53,075 nucleotides of DNA from a virus (lineage: Duplodnaviria; Caudoviricetes). Each line of letters opens with the position of its first letter. The first letter of the stretch is position 1. Shown here one piece after another: positions 16,281 to 25,794 of this stretch. The notes under the pieces were generated by a model, which did no database searches, was not told the DNA's origin, and was given only the letters and a program-made list of their open reading frames with translations. The DNA is taken from positions 1 to 53,075 of the IMG/VR virus record IMGVR_UViG_3300025030_000138. One strand, written 5' to 3'. The translations under genes and the position numbers were made by a program.

Positions 16281-18007
16281 AAGTCCTCCACCAGCGGGCG
16301 CTCCCGGATCTGCACGGCGTACAGGATCAGCGTCCGGCAGTTGTAGTTGTAGGTCGATCCCTGCTGCACCTCGCTGACGATCTTCGCTTCGACCTGGATC
16401 TGCGTGTACGGGTTGCTGGCGTGGCGGTCCACCGTGAACGGGCCGATCCACTCGACCGACGAGCCGGAGAGGTCGGCGTCCGGGGTCGTCTCGGGGTAGT
16501 GCGAGTTGTTGCGGTAGAGCGAGCGCGTCTCCGTCGTCGTCTCTCCGCTGACCCTGATCTCCCACTCACACCGCGTCGAAACGTCGTTCGTCCACGTCCA
16601 CGGCGGGCTGTTGCTGTTGTTGCTCTGCCGGTACGCATGGACGAGCGCGACCTTGAGCCACACCTCGATGCTCGTGAGATCGGCGCCGCCGGGCACGAGG
16701 TGGAGCGCCGCGAGGGATCCAGTCGAAGCGAGTCCGTCCGTGCCGAATTCTACGGTGCCGTCGTAGCTGGTCTGGAACCCAAGCACGCCGCAAGCCCACA
16801 CGGTTTCCACGTCCTTGAGCTGCGCAAACGTCCGCACCCGCCAGTCATTCACCAGCATCCGGCGCCGCGTTGACTTCAGATAGATCACGTCCTCGACCAG
16901 CGAGTCCCAGCCGCGGTCCGTCGTGTCCTCCTTGTCCGCGACGATCGCCACGCTGCCGGCCATGCTCTGGGTGTCGTTGCCGCGGTAGGCGGCGGGCACG
17001 GTCTCCGCGCCGGGGAGCCCGAGCTCGGTCGAGAGCCGCGCGTCCTCCCAGCAGTAGACCCCAGCCACCTGGATCCCGCTGCCGCTGATGCCGTCGCCGG
17101 TGGTCTTGATGCAACTCACCGTGAGCTGGTTCACGGCGTCGTCGTTGACGGTGGCGGTGTAGGGACCGTACAGCGCCCAGCTCCCGGTGAGGGCCACCGA
17201 GGTTGCCGCGGCGATCGGGGTGCCGTCCCACGACACCGTGAATGTCCCCGTGTCCTCGACACACCGGGCGTAGATGTAGATCGAGGCGTACTTGACGTAC
17301 TTCTCCACGCGGAAGCGGTAGTCGGCCACGTCCACGGCGCCGAGGGTCTTGTTCCACGGGAGCCCGTAGTAGCGGCTCAGGAGCGTGCTTGACGACTCCT
17401 GCCAGATGTTTGCCTCGTCCAGGATCACCTTCTGGATCAGGTACGAGGACAGCGGCTTGAGGTTGACGCTCGCGGCGTAGCCCTGGCTGAGAGCCTGGAA
17501 GGTGGTCGAGTTCGTCCCCAGGTAGCTGACGCTGTGGTCGTAGTAGACGCACAGCGAGAGCAGGGTCTCGGTGCCGGCGGTGGTCCCGGAGCCGAGCGTG
17601 ATTGTGTACTCGCCGCCGCGCTCGACGTTGACCTCGACCGGAATGTTCGACAGCGCCGCGTCCTCGGTGTCTCCGCCCTCGCTCGTGAACACCAACTTCC
17701 CGGCGCCCGCGGTGCCGGAGCGGGAGCAGACCACCAGCACCTTCAGCTTGCCGATCAGCGACTCGGGGACGCGGAAGCTGCCGACGGCGATCGAGTCGGT
17801 GCCGTTGCCGGTGGCCGTGAACTCCACCGTGAATTGCTCGCCGACCTTGTTCCATTTGTTTGCAGACCAGCCCCCCTCCATGACCTTGCCGCCGTAGAGG
17901 AAGTTGGCGTTCATGGACGCCTCGCGCAACAGGCTCAGTCGCGCGGCGATCCCACTCCCCGCCTTGCTCAACGGGATCGGACTCCAACCTTCGGGGATCG
18001 TCTTCAT
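16277..18007 (-). CDS. Tail protein (putative receptor-binding/tip protein)
   Basis: 576 aa, beta-rich, last gene of the tail block. Confidence 0.6.
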   Translation of the reverse strand: MKTIPEGWSPIPLSKAGSGIAARLSLLREASMNANFLYGGKVMEGGWSANKWNKVGEQFTVEFTATGNGTDSIAVGSFRVPESLIGKLKVLVVCSRSGTAGAGKLVFTSEGGDTEDAALSNIPVEVNVERGGEYTITLGSGTTAGTETLLSLCVYYDHSVSYLGTNSTTFQALSQGYAASVNLKPLSSYLIQKVILDEANIWQESSSTLLSRYYGLPWNKTLGAVDVADYRFRVEKYVKYASIYIYARCVEDTGTFTVSWDGTPIAAATSVALTGSWALYGPYTATVNDDAVNQLTVSCIKTTGDGISGSGIQVAGVYCWEDARLSTELGLPGAETVPAAYRGNDTQSMAGSVAIVADKEDTTDRGWDSLVEDVIYLKSTRRRMLVNDWRVRTFAQLKDVETVWACGVLGFQTSYDGTVEFGTDGLASTGSLAALHLVPGGADLTSIEVWLKVALVHAYRQSNNSNSPPWTWTNDVSTRCEWEIRVSGETTTETRSLYRNNSHYPETTPDADLSGSSVEWIGPFTVDRHASNPYTQIQVEAKIVSEVQQGSTYNYNCRTLILYAVQIRERPLVEDF

Positions 18008-20448
18008 GGCACGTACCTGTGCGGCACGTAGCCACCGAAGGCGAGAGCGTCGTCAGCCATGAAAGCGTAGATGTCCACCTGCTGCACCTCGACCACATCC
18101 GCTGCGTTCGCAAACAGCAGGATGTCGGTGTTCGCTGGCGTGTGCGTCGCCGGCACCACGTCGAGGACGATCGCCGTAGTGGACCCGCCGACGGTGATCG
18201 AGACGATCGTTGCCTGCCCGGAGATCGTTGCGAGGTCCGCGGTCGCCACCTCGATCACGTCGCCCACGGTGAAGTGGGCAACGTCGGTGTCTCCGTCCGC
18301 GGCGTAGCTGTCGTTGTCCACCGTCAGCGTCTTGGTCCCACCCACCCACGCCGTCACCAGGGCGGAGGGAGCGACGTGGCGGAACTGGCCCGAGTGGATC
18401 CCCATCATCAGCAGCAAGAACTCGACCGTGCCGTCCGCGTCGTTGGGCTTCTTCTTCGTGATCACGCCCGGCGCGGCCGTGACCCCGATCGTCCCGTCGG
18501 TCACGTCGGGGATCGCGGTGTTCGTCAGCGTCACCAGGTCGCCGGCCTCCAGCGTGTGCTGGCCCCAGAGAACGGTCACGTCCACGACCGGCGGCGGGCG
18601 CTCGAACCAGGTCTGCCACCAGCCGGTCTGGTCCAGCGCCCAGGCGTCGGCGCCACCACCGCCGGCCAGGCCGGGGAATCGGAGGCCAGCGCCCTCGAAG
18701 GCCGGCCGGTTCGCCCGGGCCCTCATCAGTCCGGAGTCGCGCTCGACGGTGCCGAAGACGCCCTCGTACAGTGCCTGCGCCTCGGTGAACTCGGAGAAGT
18801 TCTCCGTGGCGTGACCCTTCAAGCCGCGATCGTACTTGTAGCGGACGCGGCCAATGACTGCGGCGATGTTGGCGTCGAAGCCGGGGGCCTCGACCAGGTG
18901 CGCGGCCGTGATCGCCGTCGGGGTGTCGAGAGGCATCGGCGGATCGAGCCGCCGGATCGAGTAGAGCCCCTGCAGCTTCGTCACCGGGAACAGCCCCCAG
19001 GGCTGGTAGACCTCCTTCGTCAGAAACTCGCGGAGCTCGAACGGCTCCACGATGACCCCGGCCCCGCGCTGCCCGGGGATCTTGAGGTCGCGCGTCTGCT
19101 CGATCTCGGTCTGATCAAGCCAGGAGATGGGGACGCCCATCCCCCAGGCACGGGGAAGGCTGTCGTAGTTCGTCTGCCCGGCGGTGTAGTTGGTGCCGTT
19201 CGCCACGCCGTTTGTCGTGCTCGTGCTCGTGCCGGTGGAGAGGATCAGTTGCAGGGCGATGTCGATCGGGTGGTCGGAGATCCAGGGCAGGAAGAAGAGC
19301 TCACCCTTCACGTCGACGCTTCCATCGCTCGACCACGCAATCGGCAGCACCTCCTTGACCTCGGTCCCGGCCGAGTGCTGCTCTCGTGGGGTGCCGAAGC
19401 AGCCGCTCTTGATGATCTCCATGGCCCCGGGCGGGTGGCTCGCGGTGGTGAAGGAGACGAGCAGGATCTCGTCCTCCACCTGGACGAAGGTGGCCTTGTC
19501 TCGCCCACGCGCGTCGTTCCACGCGGCGAGCCCGGCGCTGTCCGCGCGGAGCCGCTCGTAGTCCTTCGGCTGCGGCGTGAGCCAGTCCCGATTCGACGCG
19601 AGGTTGTCGTCGCTGCTCTCGACCCCGGTGCCGCCGCCGACGCCCGGGAGTCCGATCCGCAGCGTCGACTTCCACTGCCCGTCAAACAGCTTCTTCTTCT
19701 GCCCGTTCCCGACCCAGCCCGAGACGCGCCGATCGATCGACTCCACCCGCAGCGCGAAGCCGGTCTTCTCCGAGTTCTGTGGGCAGCCGGTGACGATCCC
19801 GATCATGCGGATCACGGAGCCGTCGTCCGTCGCCTGCGCGTCAGCCCACGTCCCGAGGAAGTGGCGGACCGTGGCCTTGCGCTGGCCGAGGAACCGGGGG
19901 TAGTTCGTGACCACCGTGCTTGCGGTGTGCACTGCCGCGGTGCCGCCGTACATGCCGCGGTTGTCGGTGGCGCTGGTGATCGTGAACACGGAGCCGGCGC
20001 GGCTGGCGTAGACGATCGTCTCCCGGCCGACGTAGATGGTGCCGCCGGTGGTCGGGTAGGCGGTTGCGTCGGGCGTCTCGTTGACCGTGAGGCTCGTTGC
20101 CGCCGCGGTCATGGACGACGCGAGCGACAGGGCGTTGTCGGTGCGTCCGACCCCGAGCCCGAGAACGCCGGTCAGCGTGCGATCTAGGTCGAGGATCTCC
20201 AGGGTCATGACGCCGATCGTGGCCGTGGCCGCGAGCACGTCCACGCGCTGATCGAACCCAGCCGGCGGCTTCACGATCCACGGCTTGATCCCGAGCAGCC
20301 GGTCCTTGACGGCGGTGCGTCCGCCGAACACGGTGGCGGTCGCGGACCTGTAGCCGTACGCCCACGGCAGCCCCTCGATCTCCACCCAGGCCGAGACCTC
20401 GATCCGGCGGGCGGCGAGGGCCGTGCTGTAGGCCGCGGGGATCGTCAC
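18004..20448 (-). CDS. Tail tip/baseplate hub-like protein
   Basis: 814 aa; second gene after the tape measure; GTGA coupling. Confidence 0.6.
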   Translation of the reverse strand: MTIPAAYSTALAARRIEVSAWVEIEGLPWAYGYRSATATVFGGRTAVKDRLLGIKPWIVKPPAGFDQRVDVLAATATIGVMTLEILDLDRTLTGVLGLGVGRTDNALSLASSMTAAATSLTVNETPDATAYPTTGGTIYVGRETIVYASRAGSVFTITSATDNRGMYGGTAAVHTASTVVTNYPRFLGQRKATVRHFLGTWADAQATDDGSVIRMIGIVTGCPQNSEKTGFALRVESIDRRVSGWVGNGQKKKLFDGQWKSTLRIGLPGVGGGTGVESSDDNLASNRDWLTPQPKDYERLRADSAGLAAWNDARGRDKATFVQVEDEILLVSFTTASHPPGAMEIIKSGCFGTPREQHSAGTEVKEVLPIAWSSDGSVDVKGELFFLPWISDHPIDIALQLILSTGTSTSTTNGVANGTNYTAGQTNYDSLPRAWGMGVPISWLDQTEIEQTRDLKIPGQRGAGVIVEPFELREFLTKEVYQPWGLFPVTKLQGLYSIRRLDPPMPLDTPTAITAAHLVEAPGFDANIAAVIGRVRYKYDRGLKGHATENFSEFTEAQALYEGVFGTVERDSGLMRARANRPAFEGAGLRFPGLAGGGGADAWALDQTGWWQTWFERPPPVVDVTVLWGQHTLEAGDLVTLTNTAIPDVTDGTIGVTAAPGVITKKKPNDADGTVEFLLLMMGIHSGQFRHVAPSALVTAWVGGTKTLTVDNDSYAADGDTDVAHFTVGDVIEVATADLATISGQATIVSITVGGSTTAIVLDVVPATHTPANTDILLFANAADVVEVQQVDIYAFMADDALAFGGYVPHRYVP

Positions 20449-21179
20449 GACTGGTAGGCTCCGAAGGTGAGGTCGAGCTCGTACAGCGCCGGCTTCGGAA
20501 ACATGCGCACCGGGCGCCAGCGGTTCGCGGGGGCTTCGAGGAAGTAGTCCACGTACGTGCCCAGCGTCTCGCGGTCCTCCCAGTAGCGGAACTTGGTCTT
20601 CGCGGCCGACCACCAGCGCTCGAGCGACTGGTAGACGTAGGCGCCCTCCTCGTCCTGCAGCACCTTCCAGATGTCGACGAAGCGGAAGGCGACCTGCCGG
20701 ATCGTGACCGTCCCGTGCTCCACGAAGAGGTGGTGCCCGTCGAGCGACTTCTGCGCGCCCTGCGTGATCTCCGTGACATCGTAGCTGTCGAACGTCGGGG
20801 CGATGTCCGGGCTCCAGTAGTTCTGCGCCTGGTAGTCGCTGGTGTTGCTGACCGCGAAGTCCGAGGCCCCGGCGGCGACGAAGCCCAGCAGCTCATTGCA
20901 GTCGTTGGCGACGCTCGTCACCTTGATCGAGGTCCCGCTCTGCAGGATCGTCACCTTCCCAGTGGTCGCGGAGATCGTGATCGTGTACGTCCGCGCGTCG
21001 CCGTCAGCCGCCTCCATGGCTGTGTCGAGCGCAGCCAGCAGGGACTCCGGGTCGACGTAGGTGGCGCTGGCGATCGTCGCCGTGTAGTCCGTGACCCCGC
21101 CGTCCAGGCGGAAGCGCAGTTTGTTGTTGGTCGCGTCGATCGTCAGCGGGATCCAGAGGCGAGGGATGGGGCTGCTCAC
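20445..21179 (-). CDS. Distal tail-like protein
   Basis: Directly after the tape measure; beta-rich. Confidence 0.55.
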   Translation of the reverse strand: MSSPIPRLWIPLTIDATNNKLRFRLDGGVTDYTATIASATYVDPESLLAALDTAMEAADGDARTYTITISATTGKVTILQSGTSIKVTSVANDCNELLGFVAAGASDFAVSNTSDYQAQNYWSPDIAPTFDSYDVTEITQGAQKSLDGHHLFVEHGTVTIRQVAFRFVDIWKVLQDEEGAYVYQSLERWWSAAKTKFRYWEDRETLGTYVDYFLEAPANRWRPVRMFPKPALYELDLTFGAYQS

Positions 21180-23425
21180 TTGACCCCCTCGTACAGCTTC
21201 AGCGCCTTGTCGACGGCCTCGCCCACGGCCTCGCCGGTCATGTACGGGCCGACCACGTTGATCGTGACCCGGGGCCCGGCGTTCTCGCTGGCTGCGTTGC
21301 GGGTCGCGGCCTCGCGCCGGCGCTCGTCTCCCTCGGCGGCGCGGCCCTCCGCTCGCTCCTTGCGGCTCCTGGCGTTGTCCTCGAACGCGATCTGCTCCTG
21401 TCCGGAGCGGTTGCGGCCGGAAGAGATGGACGAGGCCGCGGCCCCGGCCGTGACGGCGACGCCCGCGAGGAGCCCGGCGGCGGCGAAGTGGCCGGCGGCA
21501 GCGCCCTGCATGCCCGGGGTCGCGGCGGCGGCGATCCCGAGGGCCGTCTCCACGATCGCCCGGGTGCCGGCCTCGGCCGCCATCGAAGCGAGGACGGCGG
21601 CGAGGCGCTCGCTCTCTGCGGCCTTGGTGTCCTTGGCCGTCAGCACCTCGGCCTTGCGGCGCAGTTCGAGCTCGCGGCGCTTGATCGCTGCGATCTTGTT
21701 GTCGCGCTCGGCCGAGGTCGTGGCCGCGTCTCGCTCCTTCTGGAGCTGCGCGATCTGGGAGTCGGACGCCGCGAGCCGGTCCTCGTAGCCCTGGATCGTC
21801 AACTCGGTGGCGTAGCGGTTCTCGGTCAGGCTCTCCTGGATCGCCTGCGACAGAGCCCCGAGCGCGGCGCTTGCGACCATGGACCCGGCCTCTGCTGCGG
21901 CGCCGATCGCACCGAAGGCGGCGGCACCCTCGGTGCCCATGTCCATGAACTCCTGCTTCAGCTTCTCGATCTCGCCGCTGGTCTGCCCGGTGGCGGCGAG
22001 CAGCGAGTCCAGCGCCGAGGTGTCGAAGGTGGCGAGGGTCGCGTCGTTCTTGCCCTGCTGCTGCTCACCGGCGGCGACACCTCGGGCGACACCGGCAGCG
22101 AGGGTGTCCGCCTGCATGGCCTTCCACTGCTCGCGGCGGCGGATCTCCTGGGCGAGGGACTGGTCGTGCAACTCGTTCTGGAACTTGACCCGCTCGACCT
22201 CCTTTTGGAGGAGCGCGGCTTCGGTGGCGTCCAGCTTCTCGTGTCGGGCAATCTCTGCGCGCTGGAGTGCCTCCATCTCGGAGGCCCTGGCCTTGGCTGC
22301 GGCGGCGGCTTTCTGGTACGACGCGAACGATTCCTCGGCCGCGTTGAGCCGAGCGGCTGCTTCCTCTCGGTCGAGCTCTGCGGTCTTGTTCTCGCGGGCC
22401 CTGGCCTTGATGCGCGTGTACGTCTCTTCCGCCGTTCCGAGGCGCCCGATCGCGGCGGCCTCCTCAGCGCGCAGGCCGATCAGCTTTCGCGCCACGTCGG
22501 AGAGGGAGCCGCTCTGTGCTATGACCTTGGCGCGCTCCTCTTGGATCCTGGCGAGATTCTCCAACTCGACCCGGTAGTCAGTCTTGCTGCCGCCGACGGC
22601 GGCCTCCCGGGCGACCTGCTCATCGCCCTTCCCCTCGCGCGCAACCTGCTGCTTGGCGATCAGAGCGTCGAGGGTGGCTTCTGCCTTGGTTGCGTAGGTG
22701 TGGATGTCTCCGAGCGCGGTCTTGAACCCGGAGGCAAAATCTCCGCCTGCGATCGCTGCGGCATCGGACGCGGCCCGGCCCATGCCGACGATCTGCTGAG
22801 AGGTAAGGCCAGCTTCCTTGCCGGCCACAACGAGAGCCTGGACGGTTGCAATGTCGAGGTCCCCGGCGTACCCGCGGAATGCCTGCGCGCTGGCAACAAC
22901 CTCGGCACGAGTCACGCCGAACGTGCGGGTGAGAACCTGGAACTGTGCTTCCAGCGCCCGCACGTTCTTGACGTGCGAAACCAACTCACTGATCGCAAAG
23001 CCGGCCGCAGCAACAGCACCGCCGAGCACAAGACCTGCCCCGCCCGCAGCGCCGAATGCCCTTGTCGCCGCACCGCCGAATTGCACAACCGAACCAACCG
23101 CGCCGCTCGTGTCGACCCCGAGGGCAGACATCAACCCGCCGAGCTTGCTGATCGTCTCCCCGCCGCGCTTGGCGGAGGTCTGCATCTCATTGAGTCCGTC
23201 AGCGGCCTCCTTGCCAACCTTTGCGGCCTCCTTGCTGGCCTTTGCGGCCTCACGTGCGGCCTCCCTGTTCACCCTCTCGGCATCCCTGCTGGACGCCCCG
23301 AGCTCCTTGCTCGACTTCACCAGCGCGGCCTCGGCCGCCTTCGTCTCCGCCAGCGCCTTCTGCGACGCCTCCGCGCCGACGACGTTGATCCCGAAGGTGT
23401 AGTTCGTGTCGCTCTGCTCAGCCAC
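21176..23425 (-). CDS. Tail tape measure protein
   Basis: 749 aa, Ala-rich helical with hydrophobic stretches; follows the chaperone pair. Confidence 0.85.
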   Translation of the reverse strand: MAEQSDTNYTFGINVVGAEASQKALAETKAAEAALVKSSKELGASSRDAERVNREAAREAAKASKEAAKVGKEAADGLNEMQTSAKRGGETISKLGGLMSALGVDTSGAVGSVVQFGGAATRAFGAAGGAGLVLGGAVAAAGFAISELVSHVKNVRALEAQFQVLTRTFGVTRAEVVASAQAFRGYAGDLDIATVQALVVAGKEAGLTSQQIVGMGRAASDAAAIAGGDFASGFKTALGDIHTYATKAEATLDALIAKQQVAREGKGDEQVAREAAVGGSKTDYRVELENLARIQEERAKVIAQSGSLSDVARKLIGLRAEEAAAIGRLGTAEETYTRIKARARENKTAELDREEAAARLNAAEESFASYQKAAAAAKARASEMEALQRAEIARHEKLDATEAALLQKEVERVKFQNELHDQSLAQEIRRREQWKAMQADTLAAGVARGVAAGEQQQGKNDATLATFDTSALDSLLAATGQTSGEIEKLKQEFMDMGTEGAAAFGAIGAAAEAGSMVASAALGALSQAIQESLTENRYATELTIQGYEDRLAASDSQIAQLQKERDAATTSAERDNKIAAIKRRELELRRKAEVLTAKDTKAAESERLAAVLASMAAEAGTRAIVETALGIAAAATPGMQGAAAGHFAAAGLLAGVAVTAGAAASSISSGRNRSGQEQIAFEDNARSRKERAEGRAAEGDERRREAATRNAASENAGPRVTINVVGPYMTGEAVGEAVDKALKLYEGVK

Positions 23426-23428
23426 GCG

Positions 23429-23815
23429 CTACCTCCTTCGCCCCAGCACCTGCTGCAGTTGGCGCTTCCGCTCGCCTTCGGCCTCGTGCTTCTTCCGCTC
23501 CGTGTTCTGCCGCCGCAGGTACTCGCCCCGCAAGAACGCCAGGGCGGCGGCGAGCTTCGACGGCCAGAGCCGACTGTCTGCGCCGGGGGGCGCACCCATC
23601 TCCGTGGCCGACAGGTACATGTCGAGGATCCCGTACGCCCACGACGACACATCGAGCCGCGGGCAGCGCAGGCGCTTCGGATCGTCGCGGCCCTCGTAGT
23701 AGCCGGGCGGGTACTCCCACGAGATCGGAGACTCCGCCGGCTGCGAGTGGCCGAGGGCCACGCGCATCGGCGGCTCGCACTCGGAGCAAACGAACTCGTC
23801 AGCCGGCAGCCACAC
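23429..23815 (-). CDS. Tail assembly chaperone T-like ORF (probable frameshift extension)
   Basis: Overlaps the chaperone 3' end in the +1 frame; precedes the tape measure. Confidence 0.65.
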   Translation of the reverse strand: MWLPADEFVCSECEPPMRVALGHSQPAESPISWEYPPGYYEGRDDPKRLRCPRLDVSSWAYGILDMYLSATEMGAPPGADSRLWPSKLAAALAFLRGEYLRRQNTERKKHEAEGERKRQLQQVLGRRR

Positions 23816-24404
23816 CAGCGCCAGGAAGGGACCTCCGCTCGGCCGCGGAGAGGGACTGCTCTGCGGTCACGCGGTCGGCGAGCACGTCGAGGAGCGTGAC
23901 CTCGAAGAAGATGGGCTCACCCTTCCGCCACTTCGGCGCCCCGCCGGATGCGAGCGGCCCGTCCGACTGCGCGAGCACGGACTCGCCCTTCTTCCAGAGC
24001 GGGGCACCATCCTCTCCTGCGGGACCGTCCTCCGTCGCCGGCACCGTGGCCCGGCGAACGAGGGTGCGCTCATAGCGGTCGAGCACGTCGTCGCGCAGCA
24101 CCTGGAACTTCTCGCCGCAGAACGACGACTCCACGGTGTCGCACGGGATCTGCTTCCCGCTCTGCGACACCAGGCACTCGTGCTTGGCGATCCCCCAGCG
24201 CACGATCTCGCGGTTGTGCTGGCGCCCCTTGACGACGTGATCGCCGTCCCGCTTCTCGGCCGCGTGGTGATCCACGGCCTTGGCGGTGAGTTCATCCAGC
24301 TTGCCGCGCGGAATCGGGCGAACGTGGAACACGGTGCGCACCGGGCCCGGGTCCTCGGGGAGCGAGAACGGTTCGGTTTCCTCGGCGCTGTAGCCGGTCA
24401 GCAT
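23799..24404 (-). CDS. Tail assembly chaperone G-like
   Basis: Between tail tube and tape measure; RBS GGAGA before ATG. Confidence 0.7.
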   Translation of the reverse strand: MLTGYSAEETEPFSLPEDPGPVRTVFHVRPIPRGKLDELTAKAVDHHAAEKRDGDHVVKGRQHNREIVRWGIAKHECLVSQSGKQIPCDTVESSFCGEKFQVLRDDVLDRYERTLVRRATVPATEDGPAGEDGAPLWKKGESVLAQSDGPLASGGAPKWRKGEPIFFEVTLLDVLADRVTAEQSLSAAERRSLPGAGVAAG

Positions 24405-24441
24405 GATGTCTCCAGGGTTGGGGTTGAGCGGGCTGCGAGAG

Positions 24442-24572
24442 AGACCCGAGCGGGAGTCGAACCCGCCTCCACCGGACTGGCTTGCCGGTGCTCGTTGCCC
24501 GGGGCCGCGTGTCCACCCAGGCGCCTGGGCTTTCGCGCGGCATGTCTCCAGGCGTCGCTGAGCTATCGGGCC
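24442..24572 (-). ncRNA. tRNA-like RNA, 131 nt, with a 66-nt D-loop insertion; nominal anticodon GCC; no encoded CCA
   Basis: Acceptor GGCCCGA/TCGGGTC, U8-A9, D stem GCTC/GAGC, anticodon stem CCGG/CCGG, T arm GCGGG-TTCGACT-CCCGC, all at canonical spacing. Confidence 0.8.
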
Positions 24573-24579
24573 GGAAGGG

Positions 24580-25737
24580 CTAGCCAATCGCCAGGTTCAC
24601 CGGGGCGAATGTGGTCGCGGCGGGCTGGAGCGCGCGAATCGTCAGCGTCATCCAGTCCTGCCCCTCCACCTCCTCGGCCGGGGGCGGGACCACGATCTGG
24701 CAGTTGGGCGCGTAGACGGCGACCATGTTTCCGAGTCCGCCGTCGAGGAAGGTGAAGATCGGGAACGTGGTCTTGGCCTGGTACGCGGTGAGGTATGCCT
24801 CGTCGCGCTGCACCTTGACGGAGAAGATCCGCGACTGACCGACGACCTTCCACCCGCTGCGACCCTGAGCCCCGCCGTTCGACGGGATCGGCTTGCGGTC
24901 GTTGCCGAGATCGAACGACAGCTCGGCGCACTCGGTCGCGGTGCCGTTGTAGTAGAAGGGCGCGCGCCGAGTGACGACGGCGGACGGGTAGGCGTCGGTC
25001 GTGGCCGCCAGCGAGCCCTTGGCGCTGGCGAAGTCGGGGTCGTCGATCAGGTAGTCGAACGCGAGGAGCGGCACCTTGCGCGCGGACAGGCTCTCGATCT
25101 TCACGTTGCCGATGCAACCGAGACACGTGATCTCGTAGCCGTTGTCGCCCTTCATGCACAGGGCCTCGTAGCCGAAGCCGGAGGACGCCGCGCGGTAGTT
25201 CGCCATCGCGTAGCAGACATCGGTGTTCGCAGGCGTCCCGCTCCACGCAGGAGCCACGGTGAGCGTGGAGCCCACTTTGACGGTGACGGCGCGCGCCTCG
25301 TAGACCCCGGCGGACGCGAGCCGGTAGATGATGTCTCCCACGTTGATGGTCGTCGCCACGGCCACGTCCCCGCTCGTGGTGGTCCACCCCGCGGAGAACG
25401 TGGTCCCGGTGCCGAGGTTGACGGCGCCGAACTGCGCGAGGAGCGAGAGCCCCATCTCGCCGTGGATCGCTGCGACGGTCGAAGCAGCGGCGGTGCCGGA
25501 GCCGCGAAGCTCCGTCTTGAAGCTGAAGGCTCCACCCTCCGCGCCGGGGATGATCCCGCTGCTGTCGAAGGTGTCGTCCTGCAGCTCGCGCTCGATGGGC
25601 TCGCCGAAGTCGGGAGCCGGAGAGAAGTCGCGCGCGTGGACGAAGCGGTAGTCGGAGCCGTCCGCGTCGGGGTCCGTCGCCCAGGTCGACTGCGTGGCGA
25701 CGTAGAGCGACTTGATCCTGGAGATTCCGACGGCCAT
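24580..25737 (-). CDS. Major tail tube protein
   Basis: 385 aa; FSFKTELRGSG and LSFDLGND motifs; position; no sheath gene seen. Confidence 0.8.
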   Translation of the reverse strand: MAVGISRIKSLYVATQSTWATDPDADGSDYRFVHARDFSPAPDFGEPIERELQDDTFDSSGIIPGAEGGAFSFKTELRGSGTAAASTVAAIHGEMGLSLLAQFGAVNLGTGTTFSAGWTTTSGDVAVATTINVGDIIYRLASAGVYEARAVTVKVGSTLTVAPAWSGTPANTDVCYAMANYRAASSGFGYEALCMKGDNGYEITCLGCIGNVKIESLSARKVPLLAFDYLIDDPDFASAKGSLAATTDAYPSAVVTRRAPFYYNGTATECAELSFDLGNDRKPIPSNGGAQGRSGWKVVGQSRIFSVKVQRDEAYLTAYQAKTTFPIFTFLDGGLGNMVAVYAPNCQIVVPPPAEEVEGQDWMTLTIRALQPAATTFAPVNLAIG

Positions 25738-25794
25738 GGGCGTTCCCTCGCGGCCCGAGCGGGGCCGAAGACGTTGGGTTGGTTGGGTGGCTCG

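Noticed and set aside
24442-24572. Ordinary tRNA-Gly or attP core
   Set aside because: It has a 66-nt D loop and A33, lies inside the tail operon, and no integrase is present; reported as tRNA-like instead
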